A DNA stretch of 64,000 nt, taken from assembly GCA_016927535.1 (NCBI GenBank), contig JAFGMM010000257.1, positions 1,761-65,760 on the forward strand, in the 5' to 3' direction. Numbering within the stretch: the stretch's first letter is position 1; every line of letters starts with the position of its first letter. The notes under the pieces are model-generated. The model was not told where the DNA came from. It ran no database searches and was given only the letters and a program-made list of their open reading frames with translations. The position numbers and the translations under genes are program-made. Below, piece after piece: positions 42,527 to 52,242 of the stretch. This stretch comes from Anaerolineae bacterium. Lineage in GTDB: Bacteria; Chloroflexota; Anaerolineae; Aggregatilineales; JAFGMM01.

Positions 42527-44226
42527 CCCTCACCTCCCTCGTCCGGCGGCGGTTCGGGCAGCCACCCTTCCGGTAGACCAATCCGCACCGAGACGCGCGG
42601 CGCGCGCAACACCTGGCTCAGGCCCTTCGCAGCCGTCACCAGCGCCGAATCCACGTCGTTGTGCGCCGATTGGAGGCGCGCACCGATGGCGTTGACCATC
42701 ACTTCGCGCGCAGCGATGCGCTGCACTTCGGCAAACAGGCGTGTGCTGTCCGCCGCCAAGCCCAGGCGTTCCCCCACCTGGCGCGCCATCTCACGCTGCT
42801 GCGCCGAGGGAAGCGAATCCAGCTCAAACTCCATCGCGCCGACGACTTGCCCCGCGACCCGGATCGGCACCCCTACCACCGGGCCGGCCGGCCCTTCCAC
42901 CGCCACCACATCGCCCTGCGTCACCGCCTGCTCAAGCGCCGGCGTCCACTGCTTATCGCGCCAAACATTCTGGTCTTCCAGATTCAGCACCAAGCTCTCG
43001 TCCATATCCAGATCGCGCAGATACGCCTCCCATGCCTGGCCCGTCCGCAGCGCTTCGGCCTGCTGAAGACGCGCCAGCCGCATCTTCAACTCGCCGATCT
43101 CGCGCGCGCCGGCATCCAGGCGTTCCTGCATCAACCGGAACTGCCGGGCCCGCTCGGCAGCCGCCGTGACCAGGTTCGCCATCGTCTGGAGACCTTCAAC
43201 CAGGTCCAGCGTCAGATCGTCGGGCCGGCTGCTTTGCAACTCCATCACTCCGAACAGCGCCTCGCCCACCATCATCGGCAGCACCAAGTAAGATCGCGTA
43301 CCGGCCAGGAGTTGGTCGTCCGGCAAGTCCTCACCCTGCGACATATCGCTCACCAGCGCAAACTGCCCGGAGAGCGCCACCCGCCCGATTTTGTGCGCTT
43401 GGTCCGCCGGCCAAGTCTTCGCGCTCTGCACGGCGTCTATATCCACCGCGTCGCTGCTGGCGACCAGAGTCAGCGTCTCTGCCTCGCGGTCCAGCGAATA
43501 GATGCGAATCAACTCAATTTGGCCGTAAGTATCCATGACGACATCGAATGCCCGGTCGAAAAGCTGCCTGACATCGGGAGCTGCCGCCAAACGTTCGCCC
43601 AGCCGGTATAACAGGCCGGCGCTTGCCAGACGGCCCTCGGCGCGCTCGGTCACTTGGTTCAGATTCCCGATCAACGCCCCCGCCGTCCCCAAAATCAGGA
43701 AACAAAAAATTGGGAGCATAAGCGCGACGACGGCCATGCGCGGCCCGGCCTCGGTCAGGGCCGGGGTTAAAAGGCCGGCGCTTTCGGCCCAGATCGCAAA
43801 GAGCGTATAAAACACGACGGCGAGCGTGTAGAACAGCGCGCCCTGCCATTCGGCGATGATGACCACAAACAGCACCGTGATCGGGATGATAGCACCCAGG
43901 GCACTGGTCACCCCGTAGGGCCACAGGGTAACCGCCGTGGTGATAAAGCCGCCGAACAAGAAGACATTAACCGCCAGGCCAAGCCTTCCCTGGCGCAGCA
44001 GAAGCGCCGACAAGCCGCTCACCGCCACCAACCACACCATGCCCAGCACCCCGGCAGCCGGCACCGGCGCCCAGTTTGTTACATATACAACCAGGTCGAT
44101 CCCCAGCAAGGCAATCCCGACGACCGGCAACACCACCAACAGCACGCCGAAGCGCCGGCCCCGTTCCTGGTCCAGGCGCGACGGGTACTGGTCAAGATCA
44201 AACCATCGGGTCAGGCGTGTATTCAT
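42523..44226 (-). CDS. 6TM-GAF membrane sensor without output domain (567 aa), paralog 1 of 3
   Basis: Multi-TM N-terminus, a more divergent GAF, a short GAF-like module and the C-terminal module. The start overlaps the upstream stop by 4 nt. Confidence 0.85.
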   Translation of the reverse strand: MNTRLTRWFDLDQYPSRLDQERGRRFGVLLVVLPVVGIALLGIDLVVYVTNWAPVPAAGVLGMVWLVAVSGLSALLLRQGRLGLAVNVFLFGGFITTAVTLWPYGVTSALGAIIPITVLFVVIIAEWQGALFYTLAVVFYTLFAIWAESAGLLTPALTEAGPRMAVVALMLPIFCFLILGTAGALIGNLNQVTERAEGRLASAGLLYRLGERLAAAPDVRQLFDRAFDVVMDTYGQIELIRIYSLDREAETLTLVASSDAVDIDAVQSAKTWPADQAHKIGRVALSGQFALVSDMSQGEDLPDDQLLAGTRSYLVLPMMVGEALFGVMELQSSRPDDLTLDLVEGLQTMANLVTAAAERARQFRLMQERLDAGAREIGELKMRLARLQQAEALRTGQAWEAYLRDLDMDESLVLNLEDQNVWRDKQWTPALEQAVTQGDVVAVEGPAGPVVGVPIRVAGQVVGAMEFELDSLPSAQQREMARQVGERLGLAADSTRLFAEVQRIAAREVMVNAIGARLQSAHNDVDSALVTAAKGLSQVLRAPRVSVRIGLPEGWLPEPPPDEGGEG

Positions 44227-47200
44227 GACTGTTCTTCGCCCCCATTCGCGCTGCGCTGCCCAAGCCGCATCCGCACTCGCGCCCGCTTCGCGCCCAGCGC
44301 CACGCCTAGCTCGCGCAGCGTCGTTTCCAGCATCGTCTCGACATCGGTGCGCTCGGTCAATTGAGTCGAGACCCGGCTCACGGTCCGCTCGCGCTCGGCG
44401 CGGTCGCGCACCTCGGTAAAGAGCCGCGCGTTCTCCATCGCCACCGCCACCTGCCGGGCCGCCTGCGCCATCAGCGCCCGGTCGTCCTCGGAAAAGGCGC
44501 GCTCCTGCCGGCTGGCGACGTTAATCGTACCCAGCGTTTGTCCGCCGGCGATCAACGGGACCACCAGCGACGCACGAAGGCCCTGCCGGGCAAGCGCCTG
44601 TTCATCCAGGCGCACCGAATCGGTTACATCGTCGGTGATGGACGGCTCGCCGCTGATGAAGACCTGGCCTACCACACTGCCCGCGACCGGCACCGGCTGG
44701 CCGGCGTCCAACTCGATACGCGATCCTTCCAGCGCGACGATGCGCAGGGTTTGGCCGTCGGGGTTGGGCAGGCACAGACTCGCCCGGTCCACATCCAGCA
44801 GCGCGGTCACCTCCCGACTCACCACCTGGATAATCTCCCGCATCTCCAGCGATGCGCTGAGCAGCTGTGACAACCGGTTCAACAGCGCCAAACGGCTGGT
44901 CTGGCGCTGAGTCTGGGCGAGGAGTTCCTGGTTTTCCAGCCGCGTCACAATCTGCCCGGCGACAGTCTGGCCGATGCGCGTCTCGCGCGCATCGAAGGCA
45001 TACGGGGTCGTGTGCGAGATGATTAACATGCCCTGATCCTCACGGCGCGCCACCATCGGAAAGGCAGCAAACGCCGCGATCCCCTGGCGGCGGAGTGCAT
45101 CAGCATCCCGCGCCAGGATCAACGGGTGATCAGCAACATCACTCACCGACACCGGCTGCCGGTCGTCGATCACCGGGCGCATGACCGCGAGAACCGGCAT
45201 CACCCGGTCGATAGCGTCGATATCGTGCGAAGACAACCGGGCCAGCACACGCATCCCGGTGATCGCGCCCACCGGGTCGCGCTCGTAGCGCGAGATCAGC
45301 GCACCGTCCAGGTGCGGGAATGCGTGCGCCAGCACGGCGGTAGCCAGATCGACCGGGGAGACTGCGCGCAGCACCGCCTGCCCGGTATCGAACAGCGCCC
45401 GGCTTTCTTGCAGCGCGGCCTGGGTTTGGTCAAACAACTGTTGGTTTTGATACGTCACCGCCATCTGGCCGGCCAGCGTCGAAAGCGCGCGCACCTGGGT
45501 TGGCGAGAAGACATGCGGACGGCTCACGCCCAGCATCACAAAGCCGAGCACTCGCCCGCCAATCTCCATCGGCAAGTTCACCATCGCGCGGATGCCGCGC
45601 TCGACAAAGAAGGCCACGCCGTCCAGGTCGAAGAGATCGGAGGCCTCGACGTTCTCCACCACGACCGGCTCGCCCTTCAACACTTCCTGGTAAAGCGGCG
45701 CCAGCGGATCGCCGTATAGCGGCTGCTTCAAATCGAGCCGCTTCGCCTCATCGCCGCTCACCGCCACCGGCGTATGGGCCGACTCGATGCTCCCGGTATC
45801 GGGATCATAGTCAAACAACACGATCATCGAGGCATGCACCAAGCCGGCGGTGAAGTGGCATATCGCCAGCAGCATCTCGGCCAAGTCGGTCGCGTCGGTA
45901 ATGCGGCGGGCCGCCTCATACTGGCGAAGCGCTTCCTCAAGCGCGCTCCAGGTTTGCTCGACCAGGCGTTGATTACGGATCACCACCGCCGCCTGCCCGG
46001 ATAGCGACTGGTAAGCGCGGTGTTCTTCCGGCGCCATAGCGCGCGGCTCGCAGTACATCACCACCAGCACGCCGATGCGCTCGGCGCCGATGGTGATGGG
46101 GAACACCGCAAACGACCGGGCGTCGAAGCCGGCGCGGATGGCCTCGGCGATGCGCGAGGCCATCCGCGCCGCCGGCGGCGGGTTATCCAGGTCTTTGACG
46201 ACCAGCGCCGGCGCTCCGTTGACGCCGAACAAGCGGCCCAAGTAAACCAGATAGGGATGGTCGCGCCCGAATGCTTCACCGGGCCGGTCGTTCTCGCCGG
46301 CGGTGCGATCCCAGTAATCCGCGATCTCGATGTATTCGGTGCCGTCGGCGTCCGCCTGCCACAGCCCCAACGCCATCCGGTCAGCGTCGTGCTGCTCGCC
46401 ATACTCGACCAGCCCGTCGAACATCGCCTTGATATCGCTGCCACCGGTGATCTTCCGGCTCGCTTCATAGAGCGTCTCGGCCTCCATAAGAGCCTGCTGG
46501 GTCGTTTCGATCAAACGCTCGCGCTCGACGGCGGCCTCTTTCTGCGCCGTGATGTCGCGGCCCATCCCCACCAACCCTATGATGTTACCCATTTGGTCGC
46601 GGAGCGGAATCTTAGAAGTCGAAAACCAGATCTCCGTGCCGGTTGTCATGTTGAACGTTCGCTCTTCGATGTCGAGCAGCGCCTCGCCGTCCTCGATCAC
46701 ACGCCGCTCGTCCTCGCGGTACTGCCGGCTCAGGTCTTCGGGGAAGAAATCGAAGTCAGTCTTGCCCAGCGCCGCCTCGAAGTCATCGACCCCCAGCGAA
46801 CGCATCGTGGGCAGGTTGTAGAGCAGGAAACGGCCTTCGCAGTCCTTGACATAAACATTGTCCGGGAGGTTATCGATCATCGTGCGCAGCAGGTTGCGCT
46901 CGTCGGCCAGCGCCGTCTGCGCTTCCTGGATGTCCTCGATCACGGCCTGCATCCGCGCCAGGAGCCGCCGGTTGTCCACCGCGACCGAAACCTGGTCGCG
47001 CAGCGACGCATAGATGCGCTCGTCGCGCCCTTCGAACGCCTGCGGCGCGGTCCAGTGCAGATGCAGCAGCCCGACCCAACGCCGCCCCGCCGTCAGCGGC
47101 AAGACGATCACCGCGTGCTGGCCCAGTTCAGCCAAGCGCTGCCGGGTCGCCGCATCAATACGTTCATCTTGCTGCGCATCGCCGAACAAGTACGGCTGGT

Positions 47201-50200
47201 CGGGATTCTCCCGCCACACATCGGCCAGCGGCAAATCCGCCGCATCGTAGCACGCGCCAGGCTCGATAAACGCCGGCCCGGTGTCCTCGGCAAGCCAGGT
47301 CGCCACCACCCACGCCTCTTCGAGCCGGCCTTCGGCGTCCGTATCCAGGTACAACAGCGAAGCCGAAGCCGCGCCCCGGTCGATGGCATAGCGCGCCGTC
47401 GCCATCAGCAGCCCGTGCTCATCCTCGGCGCGGCCCATCGCCTGGCCCGCCGCGTACAGCGCCTCGGCCTCGGCCAGGCTCTCGCGCACCTGTTCCAGCC
47501 GCCGGATGCTCGTGATCGCAACCGCCGCTTGCCCGACCAAGCTCATCAGCCGGCGCAGATCTATCTCGGCAAACGCCGTCGGGCGGGCATAGATCGCATT
47601 GATGTAGCCGATCCACTGCCCGGTCACGACCATCGGCAAGAACACCGTGGCCGCTGCGCCGAAGCGATCCCGGTAGAGCGCGCGCGTCCGTTCGTCCAGC
47701 CGGGGATCATTCGCCACGTCCGAGATAACCAGCGGCTCGTCCGGCTTCAGCAGGCGCGCAGCCGGAAAGGCGCGCAGCGGATACCGATCCTGGGCAGCCC
47801 CGGCAGCCATCCGCGACCAACGCGCCACCGGGGTACTCCACTCCGGCACGTCATCGTCTATCCAGGGGCGATTATAGAGATTGACACTGATATTCAAATC
47901 GGCGCGCCCCAGGATCGTGTAGGTCTGCAACAGTTCGATCACTTCGTCGTAAGTATCGACCGCGTTAAGCTGCGCGATGGCCTGGTAAAGCGCCTCGGTT
48001 TCGTCCAGCGCATCCTGAGTCTGCTCGATCAGGTTGCGATTCTCCAGCACTATCGCCGCCTGGTTGACCAAGCCGGTTACAGCGTCCACGTCCTCGTTCG
48101 AGAAGCGACGCGGGCCGCGCGTCTCCTCCACAAAAAGCACGCCCTCCGACTTACTGCCGGCGACCAGCGGCAGGAGCACGAAAGCCGTCACGCCCTGCGC
48201 GCGAACCGTCGCATAAGCCGGGTCGTCCTGGGGCACCTCCGCCTGGATGATCGGCTTCTGCGTGCTCAGGACGCGCCGGGCGAAGGGCGTCTGCTCCAAC
48301 GGCGTGCGCGAATCCGCCAGCCGCTCGGCGAACGCGCCACAGCCGGCCCGCCAGACCAGCGCATCGTCCACCTGATCATGGGCAAAGACATGCGCCTCCG
48401 GCACATCGAGCAGCCGGGCAGCATACTCCGCCGCCGCCTGGAAGATCGCGCCCGGGTCAACCGCCCGGTTGAGCGCGACGCCCGCCTCAAGCTGGGTGTT
48501 CCGGCGGCGCGCGCGCTGCTGAATTTCCTCGAACAGGCGGGCATTCTCGACCGCATTGGCGACCTGGTTGCCCAGGGTTTGCAACACGGTGATGTCTTCG
48601 GCAGAGAACGCCGCCTCACGGGTGCTCTGGATGCTAAGTGCGCCAGTCACCTGCCCGCGCGAGACCAGCGGCAGCGCCAGCTCGGAGCGGGTGTCGGGTA
48701 GCAGCGGATTATCAAAACGGTGCGCTTCGGCGCCCACATCCAGCGCGACCTGTGCCTCGGCGAAAGCAATCGCCTGGCCGATCATCGACGCGCCGCCGAT
48801 CTCCAACCGATGCCCACGCGCCAGCATCGCCCGGCCGGCCTCACCCGTCCCGGCGCGCAGCACTGCCCAGGTCCACGGCTCGCCGGTCCAGCGCCCGTCG
48901 AGATCGACCAGGAACAACCCGACGTAATACAAATCGAAGCGCTCACAGATCAGATCCACCACGCGCTGTTGGAGATCGTCCAGGTCCAAGATGGAACTGG
49001 CCGCCCCTGACACTTCCGAAGCGGTCTGCAACTGGGCATTGCGCTGCCCAATCGTCGCCAGCAGCCTCTCGCGCTCGGTCACCTCGCGGACAAAGCCCAA
49101 CACCCCCCACACCTGCCCGTCGGCGTCGCGCAGCGGCAGCTTAATCGTATCGAAGATGCGCATCTCGCCGTCGAGGAGCGTCGGGTCGGCAGGATTCGCG
49201 ATTCTACGTCCCTCCAGCACCGCCGCATCATCGGCGCGATAGCCCCGGATACCCTGCTCCGGGTCGCCGAAAACCTGTTCTTTCGAAAAGCCCAACTCCA
49301 GGTCATCCTTACCGACGACATCCTCCGGCGCCAAATGGAGCGCGCCGGCATAGCCCCGGTTCGCCAACACGTAGCGGAAGTCACGATCTTTAATGAAAAT
49401 CCAGTCCGGCGTCGCGTCGACCACCGACCGGAACAACGCCAAATTGCGCTGGGCTTCGGCGGCCAGGCGCTCGCGCTCCTGGGCGGCCTGCTTCTGCGCG
49501 GTCACATCCCGGGAAACGCCCACGATACCGACCACATTGCCCTCGCCGTCCAGGAGCGGCACCTTTGTTACCGAAGCCCAGGTCACCTTGCCGGAGGGAT
49601 AGCGGGCATCCACTTCTTTATCGATCACCGGTTTCAGCGACTCGATGATGTTGCGCTCATCGGCGTAATATTGCTCGGCCTGCTCGACGGGGAAGATGTC
49701 GAAGTCGGTTTTGCCCAGCGCGTCTTCTTGAGCCGCCATACCCATCGCTGCCAGGTGCGCGGCGTTGTTAATAATGAAGCGGCTTTCTGTATCTTTAGCA
49801 TAAATGTGGTCGGGCAGCGTGTCGATCACCGTGCGCAGCAGATTGCGCTCCTCAACGAAAGCGTGTTCGGCCTCGCGCACCTCCGCCAGCGCGGCCTGGG
49901 TCTGTTCAAACAGACGCGCATTCTCGATCACATTGGCGAGCTGGTTTGCCAGGGTCTGCAAGATGTTGACATCCTCCTCGGAGAAAGCCGCCTCCTGCGT
50001 GCTCTGGATGGTCAACGCGCCCACCCTCTCGCCGCGCGTCGCCAACGGCAGCGCCATCTCAGAGCGCGTCTCCGGCAGCAGCGGGTTGTCGAAGCGCCGC
50101 GCCTGCGCGCCCACGTCCAGCGCAATCTGCGCCTTCGCCCTGGCAATGCACTCGCCGATCATCGACGCGCCGCCAATCTCCAGCTTGTGCCCGGCGTTCA

Positions 50201-52148
50201 ACATCTTGCGCCCGGCCTCGCCGGTCCCGGCGCGCAGCACCGCCCAGCGGCCCGGCTCGCCCGTCCACTCGCCCGCCCGGTCGATCAGGAACAGGCCGAC
50301 ATAATATAGATTGAAGCGCTCGCGGACCAAGTTGACCACGCGCTGCTGAAGGAAATCCAGGTCCAGGATCTCGCTGGCGGCAGCGGAGACCTCGGAGGCA
50401 GTCCGCAGTTGGGCGTTGCGTTTTTGCAGCGCCTGGCTTAGCTCGCGCAGCCGCTGCTCCGATTGGCGGCGCTCGGTAATATCCTCGTAGGTGCCCAGCA
50501 CACCGATGACGTGACCATCGGCGTCGTGCAGCGGGATTTTGCTCTCGCTGAGCCAGCGCCCGGCCTGATCCACCCGCTCGATGCGGAACCGGGGCGCATC
50601 CGACTCCATCACCGCGCGGTCGCCGGCCTCGTGCTGGTCGGCGTGCTCGGCCCAGGGCATGGCGTGCGCGGTCTTGCCGATCACCCGATCCGGCGACTCG
50701 AACCCGGCATCCCGCGCAAAACGGCGGTTGGCGCCCAGATAAACCAGATTGCGGTCCTTCCAATAGACCGCCTGGGGGATGTTATCCATCACCAAGCGCA
50801 GCAGTTGCTCCGACTGCCGGCGCTGGGTGATATCGCGCGCGATCATCAAGACGGCCTCCTGGCCGTTGTAGTCGATCACCTGGCTGTTCACCTCAACCGG
50901 GATCGTGCTGCCATCGCGCCGTACATGCGCCGTTTCGAAGACATGGCGCCCGCGCTCAAACACCTGCGCGATGCTTTCCTCGGCATGCGCCGCGAACTCC
51001 GGCACGCTGATGTCTTGCAGCGCAAGCTGGAACATTTCGGCGCGCGAGTAGCCCAGCCGCTCACACGCGACCAAGTTCACCTCCAGGAACTTGCCCGCCC
51101 GGTCGTAAATCAAAATCGCGTCGGCGGCGCTGTCGAAGAGCGTTTGATAGCGCGCCTCCGAGCGGCGCAGCGCCTCCTCGACACGCCGCTGGTTGGTAAT
51201 ATCCACCACCAGCCCGCGATAGCCGATCACAACGCCGTCGGCGTCGCGCTCCACGCGCGTATAATCGATCACCCAGCGCACCTCGCCCGCCGCCGTAAGA
51301 ATGCGATACTGCTGCTCGTAAATATCCAGCCCGGCTTCGATGTGCTGCTGCGCGCCCTGCTCGACACGCTCGCGGTCGTCGGGGTGGATAATATCGCCGT
51401 AATCAATCAACCCGTCGTAAAAAGCTTCGGGGCAGTAGCCGAACTGCTCGACATTGCCGGAGACATATTCGACCGCCCACCGGTCATCCTCACCGTGCGG
51501 CCAGATGAACGCCACCGCCGGGCTGTGCTGAATCACCTCATCCAGGTTGCGCAGCGCCTCCTGGGTCTGCTTCTGCTCGGTAATATCGACGCCAAAGCCT
51601 ACCAGTCCGACAATCTCACCCGCGTCGTTACGCACGGGCACCTTCGTCGTCGAAATCCAGCTCGTCTCACCGGTTGTCTGGTCGGTGACCTGTTCCTCGC
51701 GGTTCAACAACGGCCGGCCGGTCTGAAAAATCGCCTGCTCGTCGGTGTAGTAGCCGTCGGCCAGTTCCGGCGGGAAGAAATCGAAGTCACACCGACCGAG
51801 CGCATCCTCCGGCCCGTCCACACCCAGCGCGCGCAGGTGAGAAGCGTTGCTGAGGGTAAACCGGCTTTCGGTATCTTTGGCATAAATTAAGATGGGAAGA
51901 TTATCGACAAGGGTGCGCAGCAGATAGTGTTCCCTGGCGGGCACCGGCCTGACATCGCCTCTAAGACGCGCCACAGCCGCATCGAACGCGCCGGCCAACT
52001 TTTCGCCCAACGGCGAACGCTCCTCACCATCACCGCCGGCGCCCAGGTCCAGCCGCCGGTCAAGATCACCTGCCCCGATGTCCGCCAGCGCATCCACCAC
52101 CTCGGTCAGCAAACGTTCCAACTCAGCACGTGTCGGGCGTTTCGTCAT
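44223..52148 (-). CDS. Giant cytoplasmic multi-PAS/multi-GAF protein (2641 aa; about 7 PAS, 9 GAF) without output domain
   Basis: No TM segment. The N-terminus has a HAMP-like motif (GAGDLDRRL...LAGAFDAAVARL). PAS units recur (DNLPILIYAKDTESRF, DTLPDHIYAKDTESRF, DNLPDNVYVKDCEGRF). GAF units include NPLLPETRSEMALPL. The protein ends in the family C-terminal module. Confidence 0.9.
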   Translation of the reverse strand: MTKRPTRAELERLLTEVVDALADIGAGDLDRRLDLGAGGDGEERSPLGEKLAGAFDAAVARLRGDVRPVPAREHYLLRTLVDNLPILIYAKDTESRFTLSNASHLRALGVDGPEDALGRCDFDFFPPELADGYYTDEQAIFQTGRPLLNREEQVTDQTTGETSWISTTKVPVRNDAGEIVGLVGFGVDITEQKQTQEALRNLDEVIQHSPAVAFIWPHGEDDRWAVEYVSGNVEQFGYCPEAFYDGLIDYGDIIHPDDRERVEQGAQQHIEAGLDIYEQQYRILTAAGEVRWVIDYTRVERDADGVVIGYRGLVVDITNQRRVEEALRRSEARYQTLFDSAADAILIYDRAGKFLEVNLVACERLGYSRAEMFQLALQDISVPEFAAHAEESIAQVFERGRHVFETAHVRRDGSTIPVEVNSQVIDYNGQEAVLMIARDITQRRQSEQLLRLVMDNIPQAVYWKDRNLVYLGANRRFARDAGFESPDRVIGKTAHAMPWAEHADQHEAGDRAVMESDAPRFRIERVDQAGRWLSESKIPLHDADGHVIGVLGTYEDITERRQSEQRLRELSQALQKRNAQLRTASEVSAAASEILDLDFLQQRVVNLVRERFNLYYVGLFLIDRAGEWTGEPGRWAVLRAGTGEAGRKMLNAGHKLEIGGASMIGECIARAKAQIALDVGAQARRFDNPLLPETRSEMALPLATRGERVGALTIQSTQEAAFSEEDVNILQTLANQLANVIENARLFEQTQAALAEVREAEHAFVEERNLLRTVIDTLPDHIYAKDTESRFIINNAAHLAAMGMAAQEDALGKTDFDIFPVEQAEQYYADERNIIESLKPVIDKEVDARYPSGKVTWASVTKVPLLDGEGNVVGIVGVSRDVTAQKQAAQERERLAAEAQRNLALFRSVVDATPDWIFIKDRDFRYVLANRGYAGALHLAPEDVVGKDDLELGFSKEQVFGDPEQGIRGYRADDAAVLEGRRIANPADPTLLDGEMRIFDTIKLPLRDADGQVWGVLGFVREVTERERLLATIGQRNAQLQTASEVSGAASSILDLDDLQQRVVDLICERFDLYYVGLFLVDLDGRWTGEPWTWAVLRAGTGEAGRAMLARGHRLEIGGASMIGQAIAFAEAQVALDVGAEAHRFDNPLLPDTRSELALPLVSRGQVTGALSIQSTREAAFSAEDITVLQTLGNQVANAVENARLFEEIQQRARRRNTQLEAGVALNRAVDPGAIFQAAAEYAARLLDVPEAHVFAHDQVDDALVWRAGCGAFAERLADSRTPLEQTPFARRVLSTQKPIIQAEVPQDDPAYATVRAQGVTAFVLLPLVAGSKSEGVLFVEETRGPRRFSNEDVDAVTGLVNQAAIVLENRNLIEQTQDALDETEALYQAIAQLNAVDTYDEVIELLQTYTILGRADLNISVNLYNRPWIDDDVPEWSTPVARWSRMAAGAAQDRYPLRAFPAARLLKPDEPLVISDVANDPRLDERTRALYRDRFGAAATVFLPMVVTGQWIGYINAIYARPTAFAEIDLRRLMSLVGQAAVAITSIRRLEQVRESLAEAEALYAAGQAMGRAEDEHGLLMATARYAIDRGAASASLLYLDTDAEGRLEEAWVVATWLAEDTGPAFIEPGACYDAADLPLADVWRENPDQPYLFGDAQQDERIDAATRQRLAELGQHAVIVLPLTAGRRWVGLLHLHWTAPQAFEGRDERIYASLRDQVSVAVDNRRLLARMQAVIEDIQEAQTALADERNLLRTMIDNLPDNVYVKDCEGRFLLYNLPTMRSLGVDDFEAALGKTDFDFFPEDLSRQYREDERRVIEDGEALLDIEERTFNMTTGTEIWFSTSKIPLRDQMGNIIGLVGMGRDITAQKEAAVERERLIETTQQALMEAETLYEASRKITGGSDIKAMFDGLVEYGEQHDADRMALGLWQADADGTEYIEIADYWDRTAGENDRPGEAFGRDHPYLVYLGRLFGVNGAPALVVKDLDNPPPAARMASRIAEAIRAGFDARSFAVFPITIGAERIGVLVVMYCEPRAMAPEEHRAYQSLSGQAAVVIRNQRLVEQTWSALEEALRQYEAARRITDATDLAEMLLAICHFTAGLVHASMIVLFDYDPDTGSIESAHTPVAVSGDEAKRLDLKQPLYGDPLAPLYQEVLKGEPVVVENVEASDLFDLDGVAFFVERGIRAMVNLPMEIGGRVLGFVMLGVSRPHVFSPTQVRALSTLAGQMAVTYQNQQLFDQTQAALQESRALFDTGQAVLRAVSPVDLATAVLAHAFPHLDGALISRYERDPVGAITGMRVLARLSSHDIDAIDRVMPVLAVMRPVIDDRQPVSVSDVADHPLILARDADALRRQGIAAFAAFPMVARREDQGMLIISHTTPYAFDARETRIGQTVAGQIVTRLENQELLAQTQRQTSRLALLNRLSQLLSASLEMREIIQVVSREVTALLDVDRASLCLPNPDGQTLRIVALEGSRIELDAGQPVPVAGSVVGQVFISGEPSITDDVTDSVRLDEQALARQGLRASLVVPLIAGGQTLGTINVASRQERAFSEDDRALMAQAARQVAVAMENARLFTEVRDRAERERTVSRVSTQLTERTDVETMLETTLRELGVALGAKRARVRMRLGQRSANGGEEQS

Positions 52149-52204
52149 ACCATCTCTACTCCACTACTCAGCCACGGCCGGCGCCGCAGCCCTTCTTTGC
52201 AGTA

Positions 52205-52234
52205 GGGGCGGGTCGCCTTCGTCGCACCCGCCCC
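52205..52234. repeat. Hairpin of the GGGCRGGT..ACCYGCCCCTAC type in the RR-sensor spacer
   Basis: GGGGCGGGT (52205-52213) pairs with ACCCGCCCC (52226-52234) around a 12-nt loop. It lies 8 nt downstream of the RR2 stop. On the minus strand it ends in CCCCTAC, as the 8838 copy does. Confidence 0.55.
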
Positions 52235-52242
52235 CTTGTGCT

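Noticed and set aside
46020-48701. 893-aa plus-strand ORF antisense to the 2641-aa PAS/GAF gene. Similar ORFs occur at 45126-45719, 49335-50309 and 50463-51890.
   Set aside because: The reasoning is the same: an arginine- and proline-rich shadow frame of a strongly supported gene, with no domain signatures.
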